From IMG/VR virus record IMGVR_UViG_3300029319_000051, positions 1 to 58,119 of that record: DNA of 58,119 nt; one strand, written 5' to 3'. A model generated the notes under the pieces. It worked only from the letters and a program-made list of their open reading frames with translations, had not been told where the DNA came from and made no database searches. The stretch is from a virus (lineage: Duplodnaviria; Caudoviricetes). The position numbers and the translations under genes were made by a program. Of this stretch, positions 26,470 through 36,659 are shown one piece after another (position 1 is the stretch's first letter; every line of letters begins with the position of its first letter).

Positions 26470-29400
26470 TGATAGATAAGATATTTCCTCGGAAGCTTAA
26501 TCGTTCAAAAGATGCAAGGCTTCTCGACAAGACAGAGATGTACAATGCCATCAATATTTCTATTGATGACTTTGACACGGCTGTAGATGACACTTCGGAC
26601 ACAGGTGACGCTGGTGTTATAAAGCCAGTAAAAGGCAATGACGCTATAGATCAAGACACAACTGTTCTTGAATCGGGTGAAAGCGCTAGAGTCATTGGCA
26701 GTGTTGTTGATGAAGTTAATGGGCAGATATACTTATTTGTTTTTTCTACAAATGCTGAGAAGCAAGGTGTATACAGGATAACCGCTGATGACAACGTTGA
26801 GGCCATCTATGTTTCTGAATACTTTGAGTTTCAAAATGACGACTTTGTAAAAGGAGATATCGTATACCACAGTGATGGCAACGTCATATTGTATTTTACT
26901 GACGGACGTAATGAGCCCAAAAAACTCTCTCTTGATGATACGGCTATTGCTGCGGCAACTGGCGCTAGCGCTAGCAGAGTAAAGGACTTTATTACAGCGT
27001 GCCCCAAAACACCTATGCACCCACCTACGTGGGAGTTTTTTTCAGAGCCCACAAAGCCTATAAACTTCAGGTCCGTTGAGGGCTTTCAGTTTGCATACCA
27101 GTGTATATACAGCACAGGAGAAGAAAGTGCAATATCAACTTACTCTGATGTTGCAATTCCAACGCCTTACTTGACTCAAGGGTCTCTTACTGAGCCAAAC
27201 CTTGAGGCAGCCAATGGCTTGCTTGTCAAAATACCTAAAGAGGTAAGGGGCATACCAAACTACACCGACAACATCGAAAGAATTAGACTTTTGGTGCGTA
27301 TTGGAAACGATGGGGCGTTTTTTACTGTTTCTGAAAAAGACGCTGCCACAGGATCAGATGAATTGACATTTGAATTTTACAACGACTCTGTCTTAACAGG
27401 AGTCCCTCAAGAGGATCAAGACAAGCTCAATGATGCCCTCCCCAGGATAGCTAGAGCGCAAACAGTAATTAACGACAGGCTCATATATGGGAACTACACG
27501 GAGGGGTATGAAACAAATTCTGTTAATGCCACCCTTACCACAGTCAATACACCAAGGCCTGAAGATTTCGTAGACCTAAAGATTGGAGTAAGGCCCTTGA
27601 TTTCTCCAGCCTTTGCTGATTCGCCAGCGTTTTCCGAAGAATCACCTAGCAACATATCTGTATCTCTCAATGGGGAAAACTTTGACATCACTCAAGAGGG
27701 TGTTGGAAATAAAGTGTTTAACAGGAGGGCTTCTTACCAGTTTGACCTCTCTGACCTTCCGTCTGTTTTGCCTGAAGGAGCTATTGTAGACATATCTTTT
27801 GCTATAGAGCCTGACGGAAACTTTGAGCTATACGATAGTGACCGAAGCTTTCACGCTTTTAAAAACAATGGTTTTGGTTTGTCTTCAAATGTTGGTGACA
27901 ACAAAAGTATTTTTGATGACTATAGGGGAGTAAAAAAAAGTGGAACTACGCATGAGTACCTTATCGGAGATGGTTCTCCTACCAGGTTCCAAGACAATAG
28001 CGGAGTTGGGGCAACTGGTCTGACATGGAATGTAGTTGACCCTGGTGACGAAGTGGGTATTGTTCAGGGACCTATTCAAAACATTACGTTCGGCACCTCC
28101 CCTTCAAATCCATTTATTATACCCCAAGCTCTAGTGAAGTTTAGAGCAAGGTTTAAAATTATAAATGGTGTAGAGGGTTCTACCTCGGTAAAGGCTTTTG
28201 TTACCAATGTTTTAAAGGGTTACTTTAGCGACGGTGACACAAGCTTGGCTGGAGTTGATTTTTTCCCACCTGAAATAGCTGTTGAATTGACTCCTGGGCA
28301 AGATAGATCTCCTACTGTGTCTATTGATCAGTTTATGAACAGCTCTAACGGATATGGGTTCATACCCGACACCGACAAAAGAGCCAGAACAGTTGTAAGT
28401 TGTTTTAGCAAAGATGAATACAACACCCCATTGGGTGTAACTGACTTTGAAAACGCTTTTTCTGCTGTTGGTTACTTTGCTGTAAACAAAGCTGATGTAA
28501 CGTTTTCTCTCAGATATAGCGAAGACGTCAATAATGCAGTTTCTGGAGATGCAGAGTATGATGTTGGACCTATATTCTCTCTTCATATAGATGAGGTTTC
28601 TAATGTTGAAACCGTCACTATGATACCTAGAATCACAAGAAGCGGGTCTAGGGGTTGGATATATTTCACTAAATTTTATCTTAGCGGCGGCGGTTCTCCA
28701 GGAGCCCCCCTCGCGCCTGGAGCTAATGACGCAAACATCCGAAAAATATGTCTTCTTGACTCTCCGCAACAGCCTGATCCTGACATATCTATTGAAGATA
28801 ATGATTACAATATTTTCTTTTTATCTAGGCACTTTTGTCCAATAACAGACAACACTACAAATGCTGCCCAAACGCTTTCTGATGCGGGAGTTGGTGGAAA
28901 CTTTTTAAGAAGCCTTACAGTCAGACCTCTAGACTTTCTAAATGCAGGTGCGCTAGAAGTTATCCCCGTAGATCCATCTACTGGATTTGAAATTGGGGAC
29001 ACGAGGCTTGGCAGAAGCAACCAAGCCTTTGAAGGTTTTCAGGGCACTAGCAAAAACTTTATAGGAGGCGGATCCGTTGTCCTTAGTGTTTCTGGAAGTA
29101 CAGAGCTAGACAATGATTTTAGGGTTGAGTCAGGCAAGTCTACATATCCTGGAGCACAAACATATCTAAGCCAAAAGCTAAGGCACATAGGATACCTTGA
29201 GCTAAACCCCGAACCTGACAGCGTTAATGGAGAGATAATTAGAATTGCTGACCCAGTGGCTCCGTCTGGGATCATCTACTCCATTATAGATGGGGAGGTT
29301 AATATTAGACAAAACTATCAAGCAGGAAGGCTTTCTCCATCTTACTGGTATGGAGTATATTATGATACTGAGTACGGCGGAAGAAACAACAATCAGTTTG

Positions 29401-32400
29401 CTCTGTCGGAGGGGTCAAACTCATCGAGCCCTGAAGGACTTCATCACGGCAAGTTTTCTTACAAGACTTTTGCGGGCCAAGAGGCCACCAACATCTTGGA
29501 TGAGTTGATACCTGAAATCGAACCAGGAAGAGCTTCATTTTCTCTCACGTCAACCTCTATCTCTTCGGGGGCTACAGGCAGGTCCTTTAAAAGAAATTGT
29601 AGCCACAGCTTTGCGCTTTTGTACTATGACGAGAGGGGCAGGCCAGGAGAGCCCGTGCCCCTAGGCTCGCACTTTGTTGCTCAGGTTGCCAACCCAGGGT
29701 TAGCGTCTATTCGCTTGGATATAGACCCCGACACCACTTTGCCTGATTGGGCCCATACGTACAAGGTTTTGTACGGGGGTAACAACTCTATATCTGATTT
29801 TGTCCAATACACCGCTGGGGGTGCATTTACACCACCAATATCAGATGACAAAAACGGCGTTATATATGTGTCTCTTAATTACTTGCAGCACAACAATGAA
29901 GTGTCTTACTCTAAATCTTTTGGCGCTGTTAAATCTGATGGGGACAAGGACTTGTACACGTACTCTGAGGGTGACATACTAAGGATTATCAGCTATTACA
30001 ACGATGACTCTGAGGTTGTTTATCCTAGAATTGCAAACCCTCATGAGTTTCAAGTCATAGATACAGTGACGCTGAATGATGATCCCGTTCAAAATCCACT
30101 AGCTGTTGAGGGAGAAGAGGTACACCCCGCTAAGACTGGTCAATTTGTTATCATAAAAGACAACAAAAACGCCTCAGGATTTAGCTTCCAGGATGTTTCT
30201 AACTCTGGTTCAGACGGTCAAACTTCTGACGAGATATACAATCCAAACAACTACTGGAATAGAAGGTGCGTATTTGAGATATTTACTCCTCAAAAGAAAA
30301 AAGAAGTAGAAAGCCGCGTATACTACGAAATCGGCAAAAGCTACAATGTCGTTAGGGGGAATGAAAACTCCGACGCCATTCACCAGACCACATCTATACT
30401 TATCGATCAGGGTGATGTTTATTTCCGCAAGATGGCCGTCAACATGCCTGACTTTGATTTTGAGACTCAGTCTTTTGCAGGTCTTATAGGTGATGGGACA
30501 GACACTATAGATGAAAAAACGTCCCCCAACTTTAGGTCATACCACCTAGAGTCTAAAGCTTTTACGGATATATTCCCCAATGCAGATGTACTCCCGTATG
30601 GGAAGCCCAGGGTTGCCCTTCAAAAGGTTCAACCTACAACACCTACAATAGCAACACCGAATATACAGTCGGGCAGCAGTTCTAATCAATACACTCGCAA
30701 GAGCTCTCTTAAGTTTTCTGACAGATCTAATGCCAACTCAAACATTGTTAGATACACGTCTTTCAATGACTCTAAGTTGCCATTTAAAGACTTGCAGGCC
30801 AATGACGGGGAGATATTTTACCTAGTAAACTACGCTGACAGTATATTCTGCATACAAAGGCTTAAATGCAGCAGCATACCAGTATCTAGAAACATCCTTT
30901 CAGATGCCCTTGGCAACGAAACTGTGATAAACACAGCAAAAGTTTTGGGCACGGAAAAGTACTACGCAGGCAACTATGGCACCGATGTGCCAGAGTCTGT
31001 TACTGAGGCCGATTCTGCAGTTTACTTTGTGTCTGTAAGAAACAAAGAAGTCTATAGATTTAACCCCAACTCAGGCATAGAGGTAATCTCTGAAAAGGGT
31101 ATGGGTTCATTCTTTGACTCTGTTCTGTCTGATGCAGAAACAAAAGGTTCTTATAAGGTTACTGGTGGATTTGATGCTGACCAACAAGAGTTTATCTTGA
31201 GCGTCACGGCACCTCTTACCACGTTAGAGAACCCTGACCGCCCAGCACCTTTCAACACTGTACCTGCCCAACAAACTTCAATACAAGACTTCTTGGAGGA
31301 ACCAGCAGAGGTGGGTCCAGTAGTGACGGTCAACGAAACAGAAATATCTCAAAATGAACAGATTGCTGACTTGCAGCAAGAGGTGTTTGAGCTTCAAGAT
31401 GAAAATAACGATCTTATTGAAATAAACGAGGAGTTGAGCGCTCAAGACTTTGTCGGAGTTACTCAAGCACAAGTTGACGACCAAATAGACTTTGTGGTTA
31501 GTACCATAATCGGCGCGGTTGGTGATGGCGGCTTAACTCCTGATCAATACGCCAACCCTGGGCCTCTAACTCCAGAACAGCTACAAGATATTGAGAATGT
31601 CATCACTGCTGCGCTTGAGGCCGCAAGAGACGATGGTGCAGATAGTGTAGACTTTAACGTCCCCGACACCCTTAACGACGATCAACAAGCTCAGCTGACT
31701 TCCATAATAGACAATGCTGCTGCTGACTTTGATTTGACCGATACGGACGGGTTTACGCTTGAGCAGCAGAATCAATTCGACCAGATACAAACGGAGGCGG
31801 TACAAGCATTTGGGAATACTCCTTTTGAAGAGTTGACTCCTGATCAACAAGACATATACACAGGCATTGAAGAGTCAAATGACGCTCAAATTGAGGCAGA
31901 CGCTATTCTTCAGGCAGACGGGGATTACACAGCGGGTCTTGAGGCTGGGCAAGATTCGGTGGACCTTACAGACTTCGACAGCCTCACAGCTGTACAGCAG
32001 GGTCAATACAATCAAATTTTTAATACTGGTTTTACCGACGGTCAAATCTCTGTAGACCTTGGTCAGCCTGGAGTTTCAGCAGGCAACCTGAACGCAGCGC
32101 AGCTAGAATCTCTTACGGCATACGTATCTGCTGCTGCAGGAAATCTTGATATATCTGATTTCAATAATCTTAATGAAGCTCAGCAAGAGCAATACAATGC
32201 AATAATTGCGCTGGGTGTAGAGAACTTGTTGACTAGATTTGATCAAGCAGACCCAAACAACCTAGAGGCAACATTAACTCCTCAAGAATCAACGCTTTAT
32301 CTTGAAATTCGATCTAGCAACGACCAAGAGATTATAAACTTTGCCAACCAGCAAGCGTTCCAGTCATTCTATAATCAGTTTAGTCTACAAGCTGTAGCTG

Positions 32401-32762
32401 ATGCAGCACAAAACAATGATACTACTAACTTTTCTCAAGAAGTACTAAACGAATATAATGACCTGGTTGCTGGCGAACCTGTTGATTTTGACGATGTAAG
32501 AGCCTTGTTTGAAAGCGGGGGTGTTTCAGGCCCTGAGGCAGCAGATTTGCTAGATGCTTTGTTGACGGCAAACCCTTCAGCTGGGTTTGACTTGGATGGC
32601 GACGGATCGCTCGGCGTGTCCGACCTTTTGGGCTTCTTGGGCGGCTTCGGCCTACCTGTGGATCCCATTCAGGCCCCTGAATCTATAGGATCTGTATTTA
32701 CCGACGCCGACGCCGACGCCGCTGCCGACTCAGGGGGAACACCACCCGACCAGAATACATAA
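26469..32762 (+). CDS. Tail stabilisation/muzzle protein (P22 gp10-like), N-terminal part, with a long acidic C-terminal extension
   Basis: LYFTDGRNEPKK, RLIYGNYTEGY, YYDERGR and YGT..PES motifs; the homologous part ends at GGFDADQQEFIL near 31200. Confidence 0.8.
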   Translation: MIDKIFPRKLNRSKDARLLDKTEMYNAINISIDDFDTAVDDTSDTGDAGVIKPVKGNDAIDQDTTVLESGESARVIGSVVDEVNGQIYLFVFSTNAEKQGVYRITADDNVEAIYVSEYFEFQNDDFVKGDIVYHSDGNVILYFTDGRNEPKKLSLDDTAIAAATGASASRVKDFITACPKTPMHPPTWEFFSEPTKPINFRSVEGFQFAYQCIYSTGEESAISTYSDVAIPTPYLTQGSLTEPNLEAANGLLVKIPKEVRGIPNYTDNIERIRLLVRIGNDGAFFTVSEKDAATGSDELTFEFYNDSVLTGVPQEDQDKLNDALPRIARAQTVINDRLIYGNYTEGYETNSVNATLTTVNTPRPEDFVDLKIGVRPLISPAFADSPAFSEESPSNISVSLNGENFDITQEGVGNKVFNRRASYQFDLSDLPSVLPEGAIVDISFAIEPDGNFELYDSDRSFHAFKNNGFGLSSNVGDNKSIFDDYRGVKKSGTTHEYLIGDGSPTRFQDNSGVGATGLTWNVVDPGDEVGIVQGPIQNITFGTSPSNPFIIPQALVKFRARFKIINGVEGSTSVKAFVTNVLKGYFSDGDTSLAGVDFFPPEIAVELTPGQDRSPTVSIDQFMNSSNGYGFIPDTDKRARTVVSCFSKDEYNTPLGVTDFENAFSAVGYFAVNKADVTFSLRYSEDVNNAVSGDAEYDVGPIFSLHIDEVSNVETVTMIPRITRSGSRGWIYFTKFYLSGGGSPGAPLAPGANDANIRKICLLDSPQQPDPDISIEDNDYNIFFLSRHFCPITDNTTNAAQTLSDAGVGGNFLRSLTVRPLDFLNAGALEVIPVDPSTGFEIGDTRLGRSNQAFEGFQGTSKNFIGGGSVVLSVSGSTELDNDFRVESGKSTYPGAQTYLSQKLRHIGYLELNPEPDSVNGEIIRIADPVAPSGIIYSIIDGEVNIRQNYQAGRLSPSYWYGVYYDTEYGGRNNNQFALSEGSNSSSPEGLHHGKFSYKTFAGQEATNILDELIPEIEPGRASFSLTSTSISSGATGRSFKRNCSHSFALLYYDERGRPGEPVPLGSHFVAQVANPGLASIRLDIDPDTTLPDWAHTYKVLYGGNNSISDFVQYTAGGAFTPPISDDKNGVIYVSLNYLQHNNEVSYSKSFGAVKSDGDKDLYTYSEGDILRIISYYNDDSEVVYPRIANPHEFQVIDTVTLNDDPVQNPLAVEGEEVHPAKTGQFVIIKDNKNASGFSFQDVSNSGSDGQTSDEIYNPNNYWNRRCVFEIFTPQKKKEVESRVYYEIGKSYNVVRGNENSDAIHQTTSILIDQGDVYFRKMAVNMPDFDFETQSFAGLIGDGTDTIDEKTSPNFRSYHLESKAFTDIFPNADVLPYGKPRVALQKVQPTTPTIATPNIQSGSSSNQYTRKSSLKFSDRSNANSNIVRYTSFNDSKLPFKDLQANDGEIFYLVNYADSIFCIQRLKCSSIPVSRNILSDALGNETVINTAKVLGTEKYYAGNYGTDVPESVTEADSAVYFVSVRNKEVYRFNPNSGIEVISEKGMGSFFDSVLSDAETKGSYKVTGGFDADQQEFILSVTAPLTTLENPDRPAPFNTVPAQQTSIQDFLEEPAEVGPVVTVNETEISQNEQIADLQQEVFELQDENNDLIEINEELSAQDFVGVTQAQVDDQIDFVVSTIIGAVGDGGLTPDQYANPGPLTPEQLQDIENVITAALEAARDDGADSVDFNVPDTLNDDQQAQLTSIIDNAAADFDLTDTDGFTLEQQNQFDQIQTEAVQAFGNTPFEELTPDQQDIYTGIEESNDAQIEADAILQADGDYTAGLEAGQDSVDLTDFDSLTAVQQGQYNQIFNTGFTDGQISVDLGQPGVSAGNLNAAQLESLTAYVSAAAGNLDISDFNNLNEAQQEQYNAIIALGVENLLTRFDQADPNNLEATLTPQESTLYLEIRSSNDQEIINFANQQAFQSFYNQFSLQAVADAAQNNDTTNFSQEVLNEYNDLVAGEPVDFDDVRALFESGGVSGPEAADLLDALLTANPSAGFDLDGDGSLGVSDLLGFLGGFGLPVDPIQAPESIGSVFTDADADAAADSGGTPPDQNT

Positions 32763-32777
32763 CACTTAAACCAAGAC

Positions 32778-33797
32778 ATGTCTACAACTATAGCATACAG
32801 CCACAAAGGAGGCTACTGGAAAACCAAGTACAGCTTCGTCGCTTGTTTTATGAGAAGCGTAGGTAGGAAGTTTTTTTCATCCGCATCTGTAGGAGCCACA
32901 GCTCTTCCTGAAGAGGCTTCAAGGGCTCTAAATGAAGAGCAAAAAAGCACTATTGAATCTTTGATTTGGAAGCACAACTCTAAAGACGACAGCAAAAGGA
33001 CTAATTTTTATGGGGTTCTTGGAAACAGCGGTATATCTGTGGCCTTTAACGACAGGGTGTCGTCAAACAAGATATACAAGTCTATATCTTTAGAGGGGTC
33101 TAACAACATCGCCAACAACTCAGTAAACACCTTTGTGGTAAACTCAGACAACAACCCCAACAAGCAGTTCAGCATAGGGCCTGTTAAGGACAAAGGGGGT
33201 ATGCTTTACGGGCATATCGGTTTGTCAAATTTGATTGCTGCTGGAAGTAACGTAAGGGTTTTAGGGACCTTTGAGGTGTCCGACAGCGCACCATTTTTTA
33301 CTTCAGTTGATGGGGGTCAGAATGCTATAGCGATTAGAATAAATTCCAAAACAAACATACCAGTTACAAAAAGCTCTGTTACAGGAAACAGTAATCTTGG
33401 GGTATCGCCTTTATCAAAGTACTTTTTTGTTTCTGAAAATGGCGACGCATATTCTATAGATGGAAAGCTAATAAGCACTGGTGCTGATATTTCAAGCGCC
33501 TCATATAACGACAATAAGTTTGGATTGCCGTATGATTTAGACTTTTCACTTGTAAATAGCTCTCCTGCTTTTATACTATTCAGAAACAGCAGCTTAGAAT
33601 CGGAGGATGTAACAGCTATAGGAGGGGGGGAATACACCAAAATAGTAACTCTTTGTGAAATTACCCCTCAAGACATCAACGGAGCGCCACCACGGGGTCA
33701 GTATGCACAAGCAGAAATAGTCTTTGGCAATCAGCCCTATGAACTTTTTGCTTTGAATGTAAACTATGAAACCACTGACTTAGACCATTCTAAGTGA
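32778..33797 (+). CDS. Muzzle protein, C-terminal part (split gene)
   Basis: TIAYS...W...YSF...IWKHN...RTNFYG...FN...KIYKSISLEG...RGQYA...ELFA match the usual C-terminus of this family. Confidence 0.7.
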   Translation: MSTTIAYSHKGGYWKTKYSFVACFMRSVGRKFFSSASVGATALPEEASRALNEEQKSTIESLIWKHNSKDDSKRTNFYGVLGNSGISVAFNDRVSSNKIYKSISLEGSNNIANNSVNTFVVNSDNNPNKQFSIGPVKDKGGMLYGHIGLSNLIAAGSNVRVLGTFEVSDSAPFFTSVDGGQNAIAIRINSKTNIPVTKSSVTGNSNLGVSPLSKYFFVSENGDAYSIDGKLISTGADISSASYNDNKFGLPYDLDFSLVNSSPAFILFRNSSLESEDVTAIGGGEYTKIVTLCEITPQDINGAPPRGQYAQAEIVFGNQPYELFALNVNYETTDLDHSK

Positions 33798-33804
33798 TAA
33801 TAAG

Positions 33805-33812
33805 TATATTTG
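33805..33812 (+). promoter_or_regulatory. Bacteroidetes -7 promoter element
   Basis: TATATTTG, 5 nt before the ATG at 33818. Confidence 0.75.
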
Positions 33813-33817
33813 CAGCT

Positions 33818-34987
33818 ATGATCGACTTTGTACACAATATTTTGTTTGGGATTGATTACCCAGGACTTGTAAAAGCGCTCGATCCCATCACTCTTGGACT
33901 TCTAGTCGGTCAGGGAATACAGCAGTTTGGCAAGATGAAAGAGGCCAAGCAGCAAGAACAGGCTGCACAAACTCAAATGGATCAAGGCCAAGACCTCTAC
34001 GACAAGATGGTTTCTGAGTTTGAGTCAGGTAAGTATGATGTTTCTCTGAGTCAAGATGTTAGAGATACTGCTGAACAACAAAGGATTCTGGCGGAGCAAT
34101 TCACTGATGCTGCTACAGAAAGAGCTGTTCAAGCTCAACAATCAGCTTTGGCTGCTGCTAAATATGGTGATGCTAGATCTGCGGCTCTCATTCCGTCTCA
34201 AGTTAGACAGCTTGAGGCGGGTGTGCAGCAAGCGGAAATTCAGGGACTCCAAGAAAAAGTTGCCTCTGATGCAGCCCTAGCTTCTGCACAACAGCTTGTT
34301 GACGAACAAAACAAACAGTTGCAACAAAGCCTTGGGGCTATGAAGCTAAAGAGGGGGGCTGCAGGAATAGATGCTGGACAGCTTGCTGCTCAGCAAGCTA
34401 GAGCTGCAGGTGCAGCTGCCAAATCAGCGCTATTTGCTACCATTGGACAAGGCCTTACTGCGGGGCTTGCTGGAAGAAGTGGCGATGGAGGAGATAATAA
34501 CAGCACATCAGAAGTTAATAGCCTGCTTAGGCGTCTTGAGACTAATCCATCAAATACACTTGATGCAACATTAAGACGTCAATTATCAGATCCATTGTTT
34601 GAAAATGAAGAAGAAGATATCCCTTTGGATTTTAACATAGGAGATGTTTTTCAACAAAGAGCTAGACAGCAGGGTGTTGACACTTTCCAAGGCTCAGGCA
34701 AAAAAGGCATGCGGTACGAGTTTGCAGATAAAGGAGGCGAGGTTCACATGACCGAGGGCGAGTTTAGCCACAAGACAAACAAAAAGGCTTTGATTGATGA
34801 AGAGACAGGGGTCAAAGAGGCTGAACTTACTGGCAACGAAGCGATGGTAAGAGACGGAGAAAACGTACTTGTTTTTAATCCAAACCAGCAAAGCACCATA
34901 GAAAGCCTTGTAAACAAAGGTGACTCTAAGGGTCTTATGAAGAAGATGAAAGCGTTGCTGAAAAAATTTAACAAGCAAAATGTCTAA
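33818..34987 (+). CDS. Ejection/internal virion protein 1
   Basis: Ala/Gln-rich helical protein with DPITLGL and Gly-rich hydrophobic segments; GEFSH...ELTGNE C-terminal domain; follows the muzzle. Confidence 0.7.
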   Translation: MIDFVHNILFGIDYPGLVKALDPITLGLLVGQGIQQFGKMKEAKQQEQAAQTQMDQGQDLYDKMVSEFESGKYDVSLSQDVRDTAEQQRILAEQFTDAATERAVQAQQSALAAAKYGDARSAALIPSQVRQLEAGVQQAEIQGLQEKVASDAALASAQQLVDEQNKQLQQSLGAMKLKRGAAGIDAGQLAAQQARAAGAAAKSALFATIGQGLTAGLAGRSGDGGDNNSTSEVNSLLRRLETNPSNTLDATLRRQLSDPLFENEEEDIPLDFNIGDVFQQRARQQGVDTFQGSGKKGMRYEFADKGGEVHMTEGEFSHKTNKKALIDEETGVKEAELTGNEAMVRDGENVLVFNPNQQSTIESLVNKGDSKGLMKKMKALLKKFNKQNV

Positions 34988-36659
34988 CTTATTTGCTGGG
35001 GCTCCCCTACCTGGTCGCTTTGATGAAGTTCAGCAAGCAGATCTTTCTCAAGTTACCACTACGTTTAGGGCTATGGACATTCGGGACAAAGAAGCTGCCC
35101 GAAGATTTGAGAGGGCTGAAGACATGCGTCGTGAAGACCTGGATAAAATTGCTGGGTTTGATATATCTAGCCTTGGTCAGATGGGATCTGAAATTTTTCA
35201 AGTTGACGCTGAAGCTCTTGCTGAACAAATAAAAAACGGAGAGCTTGACCCTACTGAAGCTAGAGCCGCAATAACAAAGCTTACTTCTGATTACGGTCAA
35301 TACAAAGCTCATGGCGACGCCATGTTGGAGCGCAGCACCTACGCTAAAAATGTGGCTACGGATGCAAAAGCAAGACAAGCTCACAATGATGGTCTTGCAG
35401 TAGGCTATCAAACCACTTATGGTGTTGATGATTACGGCATTCAAAAAAACCTATCTATGAACCAACTTTTTTTGCCAGGCAGTGCGAAAAAAGGAAGAGA
35501 TGGTAATTGGACCGTTATAGACCCCAACACAAATCAAAGAGTTCCTATAACGCAGGTTACTGGGTATGCAAATCCAAACCACTTTTACAGATTTGGTGAG
35601 GAAAAAATTGATGTGGGTGATTTGCAGACTAGCGCCATGAGTGAGCCCATACAAAACAGAATACTTAAAAGAGGTAACAACGTATTTTATGAGGAAAACG
35701 CCATCATAGAGTATGACACTCTGACTGAAAACAGCAATAAAACAGGCCAAACTTTAAGACTTCAAATACTTGAAGACTATCAAGATGAGTCTGGCAAAAG
35801 CACATATTTTAACGAGTCTGATGAGCAAAGAGCGTTTCAATTTGGGCCCAATGGATACAACAGAATCCAAGGCATTCAAAACGAAGACGAAAAAATAAGG
35901 CTTCAACAAGCTTGGTTAAGTGTGTGGGGACCTCCTGGACAAAACAGAACGAAAGACGAGTCTGGAAATATTGTTGCAGAAGGTAGCGGTTGGGATCTTT
36001 TAAATTCAGAAAGATCTAAGTTTGTTGAGTATGCAAGAACTAAGACCTCTACCGATGAGCTTATGAAGAGAGAAAGATTGCGAACCTCTCGAACATCTGG
36101 CGATGGAACTAGTGTGGAAGATCTTTATGGGTTTGAAGAAACCATAGAAGATGTTGCTGCTGGCATGGGTCCTCAGCCAGAAACTGCTATGTCTTATGGT
36201 ATGACTACAATAAAAACACCCATACAAGTAGAGGCTAGTAGCTTTGGCGATGGTGGAGATTATGAAATACACGCCTTTGGAGTTGACCCAAGAAATGGAA
36301 ACATTACAGCCAGAGTGTTTGATGATGTCAACATAACACTACACCAGTATACTGATGAAAACGGATCTGTGTTGTTTGCAACATCAGCTCAAGAGGCGAA
36401 TGCACTAGCTAAAGAAAAAGGTGGCATTTACGAGGGTAAAACATCAAAAGTTAAAAACCCCAACCCGCCACAAAGAACAATAGTTATATCTCCTGGCAAT
36501 CAAACCTTTGGTAACGAAGTTTACAATCGTATATTTGGTGTTGACCCCAAAACGGGAGGCCCAACGAATGCAACAGCAATTGAGCTTTTGAATGCTCACA
36601 AACAAAAAGCCAATAGAATGGTTGCTCAAGATGCTGGAATACCCATACCCAATCAATAA
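34980..36659 (+). CDS. Ejection/internal virion protein 2
   Basis: 559 aa, between ejection protein 1 and the giant protein; function inferred from position. Confidence 0.6.
   Translation: MSNLFAGAPLPGRFDEVQQADLSQVTTTFRAMDIRDKEAARRFERAEDMRREDLDKIAGFDISSLGQMGSEIFQVDAEALAEQIKNGELDPTEARAAITKLTSDYGQYKAHGDAMLERSTYAKNVATDAKARQAHNDGLAVGYQTTYGVDDYGIQKNLSMNQLFLPGSAKKGRDGNWTVIDPNTNQRVPITQVTGYANPNHFYRFGEEKIDVGDLQTSAMSEPIQNRILKRGNNVFYEENAIIEYDTLTENSNKTGQTLRLQILEDYQDESGKSTYFNESDEQRAFQFGPNGYNRIQGIQNEDEKIRLQQAWLSVWGPPGQNRTKDESGNIVAEGSGWDLLNSERSKFVEYARTKTSTDELMKRERLRTSRTSGDGTSVEDLYGFEETIEDVAAGMGPQPETAMSYGMTTIKTPIQVEASSFGDGGDYEIHAFGVDPRNGNITARVFDDVNITLHQYTDENGSVLFATSAQEANALAKEKGGIYEGKTSKVKNPNPPQRTIVISPGNQTFGNEVYNRIFGVDPKTGGPTNATAIELLNAHKQKANRMVAQDAGIPIPNQ

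Noticed and set aside
32702-32730. GACGCC short tandem repeat as a contingency locus
   Set aside because: Only about three in-frame 6-nt units encoding a DADADA linker; length change would not shift the frame.
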